Notes under the pieces: model-generated
The model's input: the letters and a program-made list of their open reading frames with translations, nothing else
The model's database searches: none
What the model was told of the DNA's origin: nothing
Shown: one piece after another, positions 10,099 through 23,927 of the stretch
Layout: the number at the start of each line of letters is the position of its first letter
How positions within the stretch are numbered: the first letter of the stretch is position 1
Position numbers and translations under genes: made by a program
Assembly: GCA_002245135.1 (NCBI GenBank)
Contig: NGBS01001189.1
Coordinates: forward strand, 1 to 64,000
DNA: 64,000 nt
Direction of reading: 5' to 3'
DNA from: Proteromonas lacertae
Lineage: Eukaryota

Positions 10099-11957
10099 TT
10101 ATTTTATTAATATTTTATGACTTTTTCTTTCCTTTACTTTTTCTTCTTCTTCTTCTTCATCATCATCACATTCTCCTTCTTCCTCTTCCTTATCATCATC
10201 ACCTCCTTCTTTCACTTCATCTTTCATTTCATCTAAATGATCTACAGCATTTATTCTGTTTTGATTATCACACAATTCAAATAAATATTGATCTATCTTC
10301 TGATCACAGGATTTTAACAAATCAACTAAATCAGGAGCAAGCGCAGAATAGTTTCTTGTGAAATAACTAATGGCTGTTCCTTTTATATTTCCTCTTCCAC
10401 ATCTTCCAATTCTATGAATCTATTGATATAAAAACAATTGAAAATAATAATAAATACATATTGATCAAGATTAGAAGGAAAATCATAATTGATAATATAA
10501 TTCAAATTCTTTATATCTAATCCTCTTCCAGCTATATCTGTAGCTATTAGAATAGGAACTTTACCACATTTAAAATTCTGTAATGCTAAATCTCTTTCTG
10601 TAAAAAACAAGAATTAAAATAAACTGCAATATAAATAGATTATCTAAAAAATGATATTTCTGTGTCATTTTACTATGTAAAACAGCTGATTCAATATTAT
10701 CTATTAATTTCTTCTTATCACTCTTTGTTGGAAATTGTGAATCAGAATTAAAACGACTATTCTTTCTTGGTAAACAATTCTCTTTTAGAAACTTTGTTAA
10801 GAAATGCATTTTCTTTATTTGATTCACTATAATCAGTATAATACTCTTTTGTCTTTTATCTTTTTCATCTTCTCGTAATTTCTAACACAAATAGTTGAAA
10901 TAACAATACTTCAAGGAATTTAATTAATTTTCTTGGCTTCTTATGTTCTGCACATACTTGTACAATTTGTTCTACATTTCTATTAATATCATATTTATTC
11001 TGTTTTACTGAAACTGATATTGCATTTTTTATATATTTATTCTTTATTTCTTCATCCTATTTTTATATATAAATCAAATAACAACATACAATTCCACTTA
11101 ATGTTGCACTAAATAACCCTATTTGAGCATCAGATGATAATAATGATAAGATTAATAATATCTGTTCTTTAAAACCCATTTACATCTATAAATTAAAGAA
11201 AAAATAGAGAAAATAAAAAGAAATAAAAAAAAAGATATATCCAACATCTTATCAGCTTCATCTAAAACACAATAATTGATTTCATCCATTTTAATCTTCT
11301 CTTCTTGAATCATATCACATATTCTACCAACTGTACCTATTATTATATCATATTCACTCTCTAATTCTTCTATTTGTTTTTCTCTATCTTTACCTCCACA
11401 AATTAATATACTTTTCATTGGATATATTTTTGATATTTGTCTTACTACAGTGAATATTTGAGTTGATAATTCTCTTGTAGGACTGAATACAATCGCTTTT
11501 TTTATCTTTCTAGATATTTAAATAGCTTTTGTAATATACTTATTTTTGTGTAATTCTATAAATGGTAAAAGAAATGATAATGTCTTTCCACTTCCTGTTT
11601 CAGCTTCAGCAATAACATTTTTCTGTTCTAAAAGTAACGGCCAACATTTTAATTGTATATTTCGAGGTTCTTTAAAACTAAGGACAATAATAAAACAATT
11701 TATACTTAACTTTATTGAAAAACTGCAAAAATAATTCTGGTATTTTAAATTCTTCCTTTTCCATAGAGTTTGATATTGATTGCTCAACAACTGTAGATTC
11801 TTTTCTAATTTTCTGGGGTGGATGAGTTAAACTATCATTTCCTTCTTCATACTTTCTTTTTCGTTTTTCTTTTGTGAAATCCTTGCTTTTTTCTTTTCTA
11901 TGTCTAACATTCATAGAAATGGCATAAATACTTCTCTTGCCTGTATTTATTATCCAT
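10099..11957 (-). CDS. DEAD-box RNA helicase (spliced)
   Basis: Q motif, AETGSGKT, PTREL, GTVGR, LDEADKML.MGF, SAT, TDIAGRGLDI, YDFP. Several short introns plus two AT-start introns. Confidence 0.93.
10600..10657 (-). other. Minor (U12-type) AT-AC intron, 58 nt
   Basis: AA|ATATCATTT...TTTTAAT...TTAC|A GAA restores LHSKMTQKERDLALQNFK. Confidence 0.8.
11180..11238 (-). other. Minor-type AT-AA intron, 59 nt
   Basis: GAT|ATATCTTTT...TTCTTTAAT...TGTAA|ATG GGT restores DEADKMLD-MGFKEQ. The nearby AG would give ATG TAA. Confidence 0.8.
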
Positions 11958-12122
11958 TTTTGTAATATAATTGATGAAATGATTACAATATGTAAATAAA
12001 AATGGTTAATATATCTCTAGATGATGAGAAAAACAAGAAATGATTCTATTAAAGCTTGATTCTGTTTGAAACTTTACTCACTATATTTTTAATAATATTG
12101 AAACAAACACATATAAAAAGAG

Positions 12123-15100
12123 TTAAGAATTAATATTTGTGTTATAACTCTCAATAACTTCAGGAGGTTCAAGTCCTCTGCAAACCTTAACAAAGTCATT
12201 ACAAACTAAGTCAAATTTTCTCTTTTCATTCAATCTCCTATTGAAACAATAATTAATAGTAATAACATACAAAAACAGTGTATTCAATAGAATTTCACTC
12301 TGATAACTATTCAATCTAAACTCATTCATAGATGTAGCAAATATATTCATCAAAATAGGTTTAGATTCTTCAGTAAATGTTTGTAGAATATGTGAAAAGA
12401 GAGTAATATAACTATTAGTCATAATAGAAACTGAATCACTAGCTAATGCTTTAATAGTATTTACTAAAATAGGATTTAAACTATTTCTCATCAAATCAGT
12501 TAAACCGACTTTATAATCAACCATTATTGGTTTATCTAACTGTTGGATTAACGTTGTAATGAATTTAACTACACTTCTAGCTGTTTCAATTTCTGATTTA
12601 TTCATATATAATATTGAGCATTGAAATAACATTGGAAAGGCTGAGCATGTAATTAATGATATTGGTTCAAATATAATGTGAATATGAAGTAACTATAAAG
12701 TATAAAATAAGGTTAAAAAACAACATACTGAAAATAGGGATTGTAAGATATCTGGATGAATATCACTTCTCTTATTTACGATATTATTGGTTAATGATAT
12801 ATAGATAATATCTGCACTATCAGTAATGAGTTTAATAATATTCATATCTTTAGTTGTTGTTTGTAATAAGTTCTGAATTAAATTCATCTTGGAGGAAGTG
12901 ATAAGAATCTCATTTGTTTCTACATTTCTATTTAATATCAATTTTTCAATCTATTTATTATATATTAATATAATAATATATATATATATATATATATACA
13001 ATAACTGGTAAATTAACATAAACAAACTGATTCTCATTCAATGTCAAATCAGATATAAAGCTACAAATAGAATCCATTATTTCTTCATTGTATTTGTTAT
13101 TATCAACAATAACAACAATACAATTCCATATTAACTGCAATATCTCATTTAAAGGATTAATCAGCTTTGATGTGAATTTAATAAACTGAAATAATGATCG
13201 AATATACTCAAAGTATAGTGATATTTGTTTGGATATTTCATTGGATTGGTTAAAATTACCAACTAATGATTCTATATTCTGAATAATTGGGTTAATGAAT
13301 AGTAATATTCTATCTTTAGCTTGATTTGCATCGAGTGTTATTAATCTGGATATGCCTGAATAAATGCTCTTTATACATTCACTATTAATACTAGTCGTAT
13401 ATATGTATTGCTATAATATCATAGATTATATATATATACCAATATAAATCGTAATAAATCATTTAGATATGGAACTAATATGGATTTCCAGTTCATTAAT
13501 ATTTTACCAATATTTTGGCTAATTGATTCTTCATCAACAATGAGATTTTCAAATAAATATTTAATAATAGAAATATAATCAGTAGAAAATGAATTATTAT
13601 TATTTGTTGTGAATATAAATGAATATTTTGACAAGAATTCACAATAAGTTTTGATTAAATATTTCTCATTTTTATAAAAAGGTAATGAGAATAGTGTATA
13701 TAACTTACTTATAATTATCATTGAATTTGGTATATTATAAAGAGTATTCTATACATAATAAGATAATATAAATAGAGTAATAAATATACTGTCTGTAATT
13801 TATCTTTATTTAAATATCTTTGAAATTCACTACTAATTCCATTTATACAATATAATATAGCTTCATGACATATCCAATCATTTTGATTCTCATCAAATAT
13901 CTTTATACAAATATCGAAATAATGTTGGAATAAATTATTATATACTGTAACAAGTGTATCTTTACAATTCGGTGTAGCTGTTCTATAAAATGAATTTGTC
14001 CCTATTCGATAATAATATATATATATTCAATTATATTGTAATACTATTATCTAATCTACAGTGCTTTATTATAATTGGCAATAGTGTTGAAAACAATGGA
14101 ATTCCATATTCTACACATCTTTCACTCTGACTAAAATCATTAATTCTTTCCCAAAAATCAAATAATAACGATGAAATACTTCCATCATAATAATCAAAGT
14201 ATTGAACTAATAACTTCATATATTGTTGTCTTAATTCTATATTATCTTTATTATTTACATCTATTAAATAAGTGATAACAGTCTCACCACATTGTGACAA
14301 TAACATAGTTAAACTTCTTAATACATAATAATAAAAACTACTGTCAATATTATTATTGTTGTTGTTGCTAATATTCAAATTCATCCATTTATTTCCTATT
14401 TCAATTAATAGTTGTAAAACCACTGGTATATTCTCTGTTTTTAACTGATAACATTCATTTAAGACTGTATTTAATGTGTCACTACTTAATATAACTATTG
14501 ATTGATTATCTAAAGATAATGTGTGTTGATATATCTTGAATAAATCAGGATAATTTTCTAATGTCATATCTAGTTTTAACCATGATTTTAATGTGTCAAA
14601 ACATAGTTTTATTATTGATTCAGGGATATTGGGAGTGGATAAATAGAGATAGAGAAAACTAATTAGTTGAGGTATGAATGGATTTGATGATTGTGAAACT
14701 GAGGAGATATTTTTACAACCACTTTCACTGGTTGAATGCAAATCTTCAGGTAATGTCTATTTACACATAGTATATATATATATAATACTTTAATCAACAG
14801 TAAACATAATTCAATTTTTGGAATGGATGTTCCAGCGTTGTTTAACCATCCAAATACTTGTGTAAGATACGGTTGAACAGTTTCTGGTTTACTGTACACA
14901 AAAAGAGCTGATGAAAGACATAAATAATTCAATGGTTGAAATGAGAGAGTTAACCTATCATTCATAATATCATCGAATATAGAAAATAAATTTTGATGAA
15001 TCTGAGTTTTCTGATCATCATTTAAACGAAACCACTCACTTTGTTGTTTGTTGTAGAATGCTTGACATGCGTACATAACAATATTACTGTTGCTGGAGTA

Positions 15101-15274
15101 TTCTTTAACAAGTTCTATTAACACAGGCCAAATATCATCTCTAGAAATGTAAGATGTGATAGTATCTGTTGTTTCCTTTAACAATTCGGGTTTAATACCC
15201 TAGAAAATAATAATTATAAACAATACGGAATATAATAAAGTCAACGCCTGAACGAATGGTTGAAAATTCTGCAT
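12123..15274 (-). CDS. Importin-beta/HEAT-repeat karyopherin, importin-13/transportin-3-like (spliced)
   Basis: N-terminus 'QALTLLY...WPVLIELV..YACQAFYNK..SEW..L', LPED, 'CFDTLKSW', 'FDFW'. Helical repeats across many exons. Confidence 0.65.
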
Positions 15275-15416
15275 TTTAAAAGTTTTGGGGTATTTTCTAT
15301 TCGAAAATTTTGATTGATTTTGTTTTTCATATCTCATCATACAATATACATATAAGTTTAAAAGTATTAAATTTTCAAATAAAACAAAGAAATTAAGGAG
15401 AAGGAATAATAAATAA

Positions 15417-16729
15417 CTAATTGTCTTTAGGTAATTCATGAAAGGTAGGTTCTGGTGGTGAGATTGTATTTATTATAGGAGAATTGAAATGTCCAAGTGA
15501 CGATGAAGACAGTTTCATAGTATCTAAACTATTGGTGACAGATGTTCTTCCACCTTCACTTAAACTGGAATTATAAAAAGGAATCTGATCATTTATAAGT
15601 TGAGAAGAAGTGAACGAATTCATCGGGTTAGGAAAATTTTCGAGTAAAGCCAATAGAATTAATAGAAACGAAGTTTAAAATCATATAACACTCTCATAAA
15701 AGATATATTCAAATCCTCCTGGAGAATTGAATGGAATATCTACACTAGAATCTGGCTTAGGAATACTCATTGTCATATTTCTGATATTATTATCTTCATC
15801 AATCTTCTGCTGCTGTGCTTGCTGTTGTATTTGTTGCTGTTGCATTTGTTTATTCTGTTTGTTCTGTAGAGATTGATCTAAAGAAGTTGGAATTGGTAAA
15901 TCATTCATCACTGGCATTGAAGATGCTAAAGAACTATCATTAGCTATAGAAACATCATTATTTCTAGTATGTTCATCCATGAAATGATATTCTATCTCAT
16001 TTTCTATATTATTATGTTGTATATTGTTTACATTATTATTATCTGTTGTATTACTATTACTAATATCACTACTATTAGAGGTATTGGTAGTAGAAGGTTT
16101 ATAATTAATTATATTATTATCATCATCATAATCGTAGTTTGTAATTGCTCTAGTTCCATGGTACTTCTTTGCAGCTATATCATATGCACGTGCTGCTGCT
16201 TCTTCTGATGTAAATGAACCTAAGTACTTCTTATGACCATTGTGTTGGATTTGTGCATTCCATTTACCAGCTCGTGAATATACTCCACGAAAATCTGATG
16301 TGTATGATTTGCCTTTACTACCTTTATCTTTTGGCTGACTACTTTTGGCTGACTCATTATCGAATTTCATTCTTTTAGTTTTCCCTATATAGAAAATTAG
16401 TATTTCTTAAACAACAGGTGATTTATAAATATATGAATACTCTCCAATAGATCTGAATACGATGGGACACGAGCTATTTTTCGGAATTCTACTGTTTCAT
16501 TATTCTCTATTAACAATTAATTCCAATCAATACTTTCCTGACACTCTGGACAAGCCCATAGATCTTTTGGAATTTCTTCAAGCGGAGGGTTGAGACAATT
16601 TAGATGATATACATACTTACAATAGTCGCAACACAATAATTCCCCTGTAAGACCACATATATGACATATGTAATCGTATTTCCCTTTGAATAGAGTGAGA
16701 CCAGGATATGGATTTTGAAATTCGCTCAT
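15417..16729 (-). CDS. PHD finger + AP2/ERF domain transcription factor (spliced)
   Basis: [29 protein letters not shown] joins in frame through two GT-AG introns to AP2 'SDFRGVY..GKWNAQI...[20 protein letters not shown]...HG..AITNY'. Confidence 0.85.
15644..15706 (-). other. Probable minor-type AT-AC intron, 63 nt
   Basis: T|ATATCTTTT...CTATTAAT...TTTAC|TC joins the AP2 exon to the last exon (GFEFENFP). The protein is not conserved here, so this is less certain. Confidence 0.6.
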
Positions 16730-17196
16730 AATATTATATTAAATATATGCTTATTTTTAAAAAACAACAATGAAAAGAGCCACGTAATTAATATACAATA
16801 ATACAACTAAACAACAAAGAAATTCCGAAATGAAATAATTCGCGCCTTTTGTTCTGGCTATTTCTACTTCGCTAAATTTAAAAAGCTTTAGATGTGTATT
16901 CGCTGAGTTGATGTAGTGAGTCTGGTGAACTCATAATCTTTCTTAAAATTTTGAAAGATGCCACGATGGCGGAAGGAATTAAAGTCCATTATTTTGATGA
17001 TTTATGTACACATATCGAATTGTCTCTAGTTTGGCATGTCATATGTATATTAAGAAATTGTTAAATAAAATTTCTCGAAATTCTTTCTTTATCATGAGAA
17101 GAAGAAAAAGTTCTTCGAACTCTGTCAAGCTTTTTTGAAATATCTGCATTTTTTGTGTTTATTAGAGGTTTGATACAGATATAAAATAATTCAAAC

Positions 17197-20100
17197 ATGC
17201 CAAACGTCGAAGAATATTATATAAACTTTAACCAAACAAATATTGGACTGAATTTATTACCAAATCGTTCAAATCGAGGAGTTTATGTCTCAAGTTTTTA
17301 CAGAGGTACAGATGGAAGTAGATTAGAAGCAGAAGCAAGTGAGCATATACAGCCGGGAGATCATGTAGTAACTGTTGCAACACATGATGTAACTAAATTA
17401 ACACTTGATGATATATCTGATATGATTAAGCAAAGTTCAAGACCGCTAACTATAAAGTTTAGAAAGAGAGTATTTCCAGTATCTCAGTTAATATCCTTCC
17501 AAAGTGTTATGAAAAAAGAAGAATATCGAAATATCTATATACAGTTCTGTAAAAGAATAGGCTTACCCACCTCAGTCCATAGAATCCAATTTTACTTAGA
17601 ATTACAGCAATTCAAAGATCTACCAGAGTCAGACCAACCAATACAAGCTTCATTACTAATAGATAAATATTTAAAGCCCAATGCAGATTATGATTTAGGT
17701 ATAAAAACCGCATTTAACACAATTATTGAAGAAGACTCAGAAGAAGGTGAAAAAGGAACAGTTAAAAAGGTAGAAAATCCAATTCAAGACTTATTGTGGA
17801 CAGAAGGAGTAACATTAAAGGCATTACAAAATGAATCTTTTGGATTCTTCATTCTAAGTGAAGAATATAAAGAATTGAGATTATCATTTGATAAAGTGAT
17901 TGATTCACCTGTTTATACAAGCTATATGTTATTAGATCAAATAGAAAAAGGAAATGACCCAATACCAGTTTCATTATACAACGAAGTGAATATATTTATA
18001 TTAAAAGAAGAAAAAGATGGTGATTCAAACAGCAATGAAACTCATAATCAAGGATATGAGATATATAGGAAATATTTAGAAGAAGGATCAACATTTAATT
18101 GTAAATGTTTAGAGAATGAAGATTACTCCAATAACAGTAATAATAAGAAAGTATTATCAGAATTAACACAATATTATATATTACAAAGTGCTAGTACAAT
18201 TGATAAAGATCAATGTTTATCATTATATAAGCAATTATTGGATGTATTGAAGATTTATATCTATGATTTTATATGGGCTGATTTTACAGATAGTATGATG
18301 TTTGAAAGATTATGTAAGGACTTGAGTATTTATTAAAATCATTATTATTATGTTATAGATATAATCTGTATTGATAATTATGACGATTATTTCCAAGATT
18401 ATTCAACCAAGAATGGAGTTATAACATATGAAAAACATAAGGATACTTATGTAGATATTATCAATAGAAATATTCAGAATAATCAACAAGCGAATCAGAA
18501 TGGAGATGTCGGTTCATCAACAGCCAATAATAATAAAGATAATAATATAACGAAGAGAACATCTACTCCTGAGAGACCAAGGTCATTATTCTCAATATTT
18601 GGATTTGGCAGTATATATATTATATTATTATTAATAGAATCACAATCAAAAGCATCTGTAAGTAGTGTAAGTAGTATATTTATGAATTATTATTATTATT
18701 ATTATAGAAACAACCACACCAGCACCTTCTACAACTTCATCTATAAGAGTGGTATATATATATATTATGTTATTTAGAGTGATGATTCACCAGTTCCAAT
18801 TGACAATGGAATAATTGATTATATATCTGTTCCAGAAATATATAAAATATATAAACCAAATGCTACTAAACCTGTTGATTTATTAACCACTATTCCATTT
18901 CAAATATATCAAGTAGTATATTATACCATAGTAGATTCTAAATTCACTGTGATGTATGATGAAAAACAGCGTATTATATATATATATAGTTTTTATATTG
19001 TTGATAATATATATATAGCTACTACATTACCCATTGGTTCAAAAGCCATCTACAATTATATTAATAACAATCCAACCTCTGAAGTATCAATTATACCATT
19101 CATTATTGATGATAATATATTGAAATGGACTTGTATGGCTATTGTACATAATATATATGAAGAAGAAGAAGTATAAATATATTATTTTAATATATATATA
19201 TAATAGGAAAATAAGTCAATTATTCCTACTAGAACCATCTGATAATAACATTAACACAACTTCATTATTATTAAGACCACATAAAACACATGTTATAGGT
19301 ATAATCTCCAATATTCCATCTTATCCACAATTACATTCAACACTATCAACATTCTATCAAAAGAACTCATCCATATTATTTGATAATAATAATAATAATA
19401 TGAAGAAGATATTGGATGATTTATTACACTATGATTTACAATACATACCATTCCCATTATCAAATGGAAGTATATATATATCATTATATATAAATATATA
19501 GTTCCATATTTAAGATGTCCACTTACATATCTATTTTCTCATGTTTCAATTGATACAATTATTGATTCTTATATATCACTTATCACTGAGACTAATTTGA
19601 TCTATATAAGTGGCAAATACACTAGTTTATGCTATGTGTTAGAAGGGTTAATCTCTTTGATATATCCATTGAAATGGAATCATATATATTATAGTGTAGC
19701 TACTACTAAGATTGTTGATAATTTGTTGTTTACTAATGTTTATTCGAAAATTCCATATTTGATTGGAATTATACCAAATAATTCTGAGTATATTAATTAT
19801 TTTTGCTATTTTTTTATATTTAAATAGAAAAGAAAAGAAGTTATTAGAATTACCATGTAATATTGTCAATTTACATACAATGCAAAATAATTTTAAATTA
19901 TTAAAGTATGAAAAGAAGAGAGAATTAAAAACAAAAATATATATCATTTTATTATTATTATTATTACTGTTTTTATAACAGTTAGTTTTATTTTAACTTA
20001 AATGTAATGAATGTATTATATCCATCTCATCATTCAGCTGATACATTTCACCCTCAAAAGACAGATTGGACTAATTTCCCAACCAATGAAATCTTATCTA

Positions 20101-20294
20101 TTTTCTATGAATTTACTCTCTCATTCATTGATAAACCTCAATACTATTCATATGTAATAGTGAATAAAAATGAGAAGAGATATTTCATATTTGATAAATC
20201 AAAGTTTATTAAGAATAATATTCACTCTACAGAACTAGAAGTTAAGATATCTAAGACTACCACATTTCAAAATTATATTTGCGATTCATTATAA
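17197..20294 (+). CDS. PDZ + RGS(-like x2) + DENN domain protein (spliced)
   Basis: PDZ 'IGLNL..GVYV...AEAS.HIQPGDHVVTV...RPLTIKF'; RGS 'IQFYLELQQFK...IDKYL..NA' and 'EIYRKYL'; DENN-like 'SLITETNLIYISGKYTSL...LISLIYPLKWNHIY...PYLIGI'. Confidence 0.7.
19941..20007 (+). other. Minor-type AT-AA intron, 67 nt
   Basis: ATA T|ATATCATTTT...TTTTAAC TTAAATGTAA|TG AAT gives KTKILNVLYP in frame. Confidence 0.7.
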
Positions 20295-20404
20295 CAATTT
20301 AAAAATATATATAACTAATGTTATGTTTTTTTCTTGTTTTAAATAAACACAATGTTATTTTAAATAGCTAATATTTTATTAATTTGTTTAAATAAATAGA
20401 CAAA

Positions 20405-20747
20405 TTAGAGATTTGGATCTTTAAAGTCGTCTATTTGAACTAATCGTGGATTTTTAAAGTCTTTATAAATTGAAATAGCAGCTGCTGTAAGAAAACATAC
20501 TATCATTATAGCAGATATGACATTAAACCAAAATGAGTCATTAATTGGTTGTAGTTCATTATTATAAATTGAATTGGTAGGACCAACAGTTTGTGTTTTT
20601 AAATTTTTCTATACAAAATAATAATATTAGCTATACAGTATTATTTAGTAAATTGGAATTATTTACTGCTATTTTGCTATCTTCTGCATTTTGACATGCT
20701 CCATAAGATAGCAGAATAACCAAAAACACCAAGTAGTGGTTTAGCAT
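20405..20747 (-). CDS. Small type-I membrane protein (~104 aa, one 28-nt intron), absent from the ORF track
   Basis: MLNHYLVFLVILLSYGAC signal peptide, GT-AG intron, TM segment FWFNVISAIMIVCFLTAAAISIY, short tail, TAA. Confidence 0.65.
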
Positions 20748-20813
20748 GAAAGAAAATATGTTCTTAAAAATAGATTCGTTTTAACTGATTTTCTTTTGTT
20801 TATTTCTAGTCAT

Positions 20814-23089
20814 ATGAGTGAAATTCAGAATGAAATACCGCCTGAAGGGTATTTATATGCATTTAGTTTTAATAGTTTGTGTAAATTATTGGTTGACAAA
20901 GGATATGATGATTTAACTGTTGTAGTTGAAGGATTTGAAATAAGATCAATAAAGTCTCTTTTGTGTGGAAGAAATAAAGTTTTGCATGAATTGGTGAAAG
21001 ATGAATCTTTTCCTGGAATTCTTGAATTATGTGAAAATGTTACAATTAATGGATTTCATGAGTTAGAAAAATATTATAGTGGTGGTAAAATAATACTTAC
21101 TGATAAGAATATAATGGACATACTCTCAATTTGTTTATTTTACAACGAAATGTCTTTATTTAATAAATGTAAGTCTTATGTAATTGATCATTTTAATGAT
21201 ACTATTATGAGTAAAATACTTGATTACCTTCCAGTCTTATCATCCAATCAATTAATTGAATTAAAAGATTTAACTTCCTCTTATTTGAACTTTAATTCTT
21301 ACAAGTTATTAGTAGATGATATAATAGCGGAATTATCAGTAACTGCATTAGAATACATACTTGACAATCAGTATTTAATTATCCCAAATGAAACATATTT
21401 GTTAATACAGTTATTTAAATATTATGATCATTATAAGAAATCCATAAAAAATGATAATATAATGAATGATGATAAAGATTTTGACAATAAATTTCAAGAA
21501 TTATTAAGATATGTAAATGTGAATAACATTGATTATTATTCAATATCATTAGATCATTTACAATTATTGAATTTAACTGATATAAAAACTCATCCAAAAT
21601 ATAACAACTGTTTGAGATTATATAGTAAAGTTTTAACTCAAATACAATGTGAATATTTTCAGCAAATGTTAGTCGATTATTACCAAAAAGACGAAGAAGT
21701 AATAATAACAATAGATAGTATATATATAAAGTGAATATTTTTAATACTAGAGAAATATACATCTATTTTAAAAGATCATAATATAGATGATGATATAACA
21801 ATGATATTGTTAAGTAATGAAATTAGATTAATAATTATCACATTAATTCTGATTATAGATATGAAATTGAATGACAAATCAAACAATCCATTTTATGAGA
21901 ATTTCCAGGAAATATTAAAACAATCCAATTTGGCAATAACATTATTATCGGAATACAGAAATAGAAAAGATGATTTTACATACAAATCTATTTCAAAATG
22001 CTTAATAGTCTTTTTAAACGAATGTATATAATATATATATATATACATCTATCATCTATTATAATTTTGAAATAGACAATTCTATTAACTTCATTTATTC
22101 ATTGTTTGGTTTAGAAGTTATTATTGATGTAATTACATATAAATCAATTATTCCAAAATCAGATTTTCAAATGTTGGTTGAATATATAAGAATGTTGCCT
22201 CAATCTATAGAGGATAAGACATTAATACAAAGTAGGATCAAAAGTGTTGATTTAAAAGCAAAACTATGTAATCATCCTCTAACTTATTTTAACTATCCAT
22301 CAACCGCTTTTGATTATTATATTTATGAGAATATATATCTTGAACCAAATTATGATAGTTCAAATTGTCTTTTTGAAATACAACCTAGTATATATATAAT
22401 TTTAAATTTCATATTTATTAGATTTACCAAAAGGAATTACAATAAATCAGAATAATGGAATTATCAAAGGTTTTTCAAGAATATATTGTGGTAAACAAAT
22501 ATATACTGTCACTTGCAGAAACTTGTGTGATATGAATGTAATTTCTTTTTATTTTGTTTTAAGTATTAATCTACCAAGTAATAGATATCATTTTGTTGCT
22601 GAGAATAAAGACAGAAACATTGATTTGAATAACAATGATATGAAAATCATTCATAGAAATGAAAAGAGCAATGCTCACTGTTATATGAATGTAGAGATGA
22701 AAAGTGGGATTTATAGAATAAGACTTTTATTCAAATCTAACAATTCAATTAATAAGAGTGATTTTATATTTGGTGGGACAAGATGTAATTGTAAATCAGG
22801 TTTAGATCTGTATAATGATATAACAAGTTGTTGTATTAGCATTCATGGAAAAGGTTATACTCTTTATGGGGGCAATGGCATAAAATATGAGAATAGTGAA
22901 GAGAGAATTATAGAGAATAAGGAAATCTATGAATTCATATTTAATATGAACATTGGAACATTTAGTGTGAAATTTCATGATGATGAAGAAATTGTACTGT
23001 TTGAAGGTATTTCTTCACCTTTAAAGCCATTTGTTATGTTTTGGAATATAAATCAATCATTAGAAATTACTTCAATTAGAATAGAATAA
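20814..23089 (+). CDS. BTB/BACK protein with Ig-like and C-terminal SPRY-like beta domain (spliced)
   Basis: BTB 'DLTVVVEGFEIRSIKSLL...LEKYYSGGKIILT..NIMDIL'; BACK 'E.YL...LFKY'; Ig-like 'GITINQNNGIIKG...YTVTC.N'. Confidence 0.7.
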
Positions 23090-23135
23090 TTGTTCCAAAT
23101 ATAAAAACAATTATAGTCGTTATTTAATTTTTGTT

Positions 23136-23927
23136 TTGAAGTTTTTAAACATAAATATTGTATTTTATATTATTTTATTGTTATTATTATTTTATTTCTA
23201 CAATTTTACAGACGCAGAAGGGTATGAACAGATTGAAAATTCAGGAAATGTCATTACCAACATAAAAACTCAGCCATTACCGAAACGAAAGAAACCAAAA
23301 GATCCTACATACTGTTCTTGGGCAGATGGACCATTTCCAAGAGATTATGATCATAATAGAACAGAAGAATGTCAATTGGCAATAAGATTTCTTAATAATT
23401 TAAATGTGACATACTTTTTATTATGGGGTTCAGCGTTAGGAGCAGTAAGAAATGGTGGATTGATAGGTAAAGATTCTGATGTTGATGTAGCAATCCCTGT
23501 ATGGTTAAATCCTCATATTTTTGGTTGTACTGAATATCACGCAATTACAAACAAAGAATATGATAATAAAAACGTGTATATGGCAAGAAATTATCGACCT
23601 TGTGGTCATACAAGGTTTTATTATCATGTGTTGTTTAAAAAATATATAAGAAAACACAGTAAAGATGGTGGTAAAATCAGTTCTCATATATGTATAGGAA
23701 ATACTCAAGTTTATTTGTCAGAAAGAATGTATACTGATTTATGGATTATACTAAATAATGAATATGTGTATAGAGAAATTAAAATATGTAAATGCAAGTT
23801 TTGTGGTATACAGTCTTATGCGTTAGAAAAATCGATAATTTATTCTCAGATTATGTATGGTGAAGATTGCATGACAAAGCAGAAAGCATATAAAGGATTG
23901 GAACAACTAGATATTGAACAACCATAA
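23136..23927 (+). CDS. LicD/fukutin-family nucleotidyltransferase-fold protein, type II membrane anchor; start codon uncertain
   Basis: YFLLWGSALGAVRNGGLIGKDSDVDVAI signature; hydrophobic N-terminus. Confidence 0.8.
   Translation: MKFLNINIVFYIILLLLLFYFYNFTDAEGYEQIENSGNVITNIKTQPLPKRKKPKDPTYCSWADGPFPRDYDHNRTEECQLAIRFLNNLNVTYFLLWGSALGAVRNGGLIGKDSDVDVAIPVWLNPHIFGCTEYHAITNKEYDNKNVYMARNYRPCGHTRFYYHVLFKKYIRKHSKDGGKISSHICIGNTQVYLSERMYTDLWIILNNEYVYREIKICKCKFCGIQSYALEKSIIYSQIMYGEDCMTKQKAYKGLEQLDIEQP

Noticed and set aside
10598..10624. Alternative 27-nt GT-AG intron in the helicase in place of the AT-AC intron
   Set aside because: It puts the downstream exon out of frame and inserts non-homologous residues.
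12101..12125. TGTTTGTT motif just downstream of the importin stop, suggesting polyadenylation-created stop codons as in Blastocystis
   Set aside because: The motif is present here and near 25213-25224, but every gene end I traced has an encoded stop, so no poly(A)-completed stop is needed.
16880..17060. Relatively GC-rich patch between the PHD-AP2 and PDZ genes as an ncRNA or small gene
   Set aside because: No convincing fold or complete ORF. It may be 5' exons or uORFs, but I cannot support a call.
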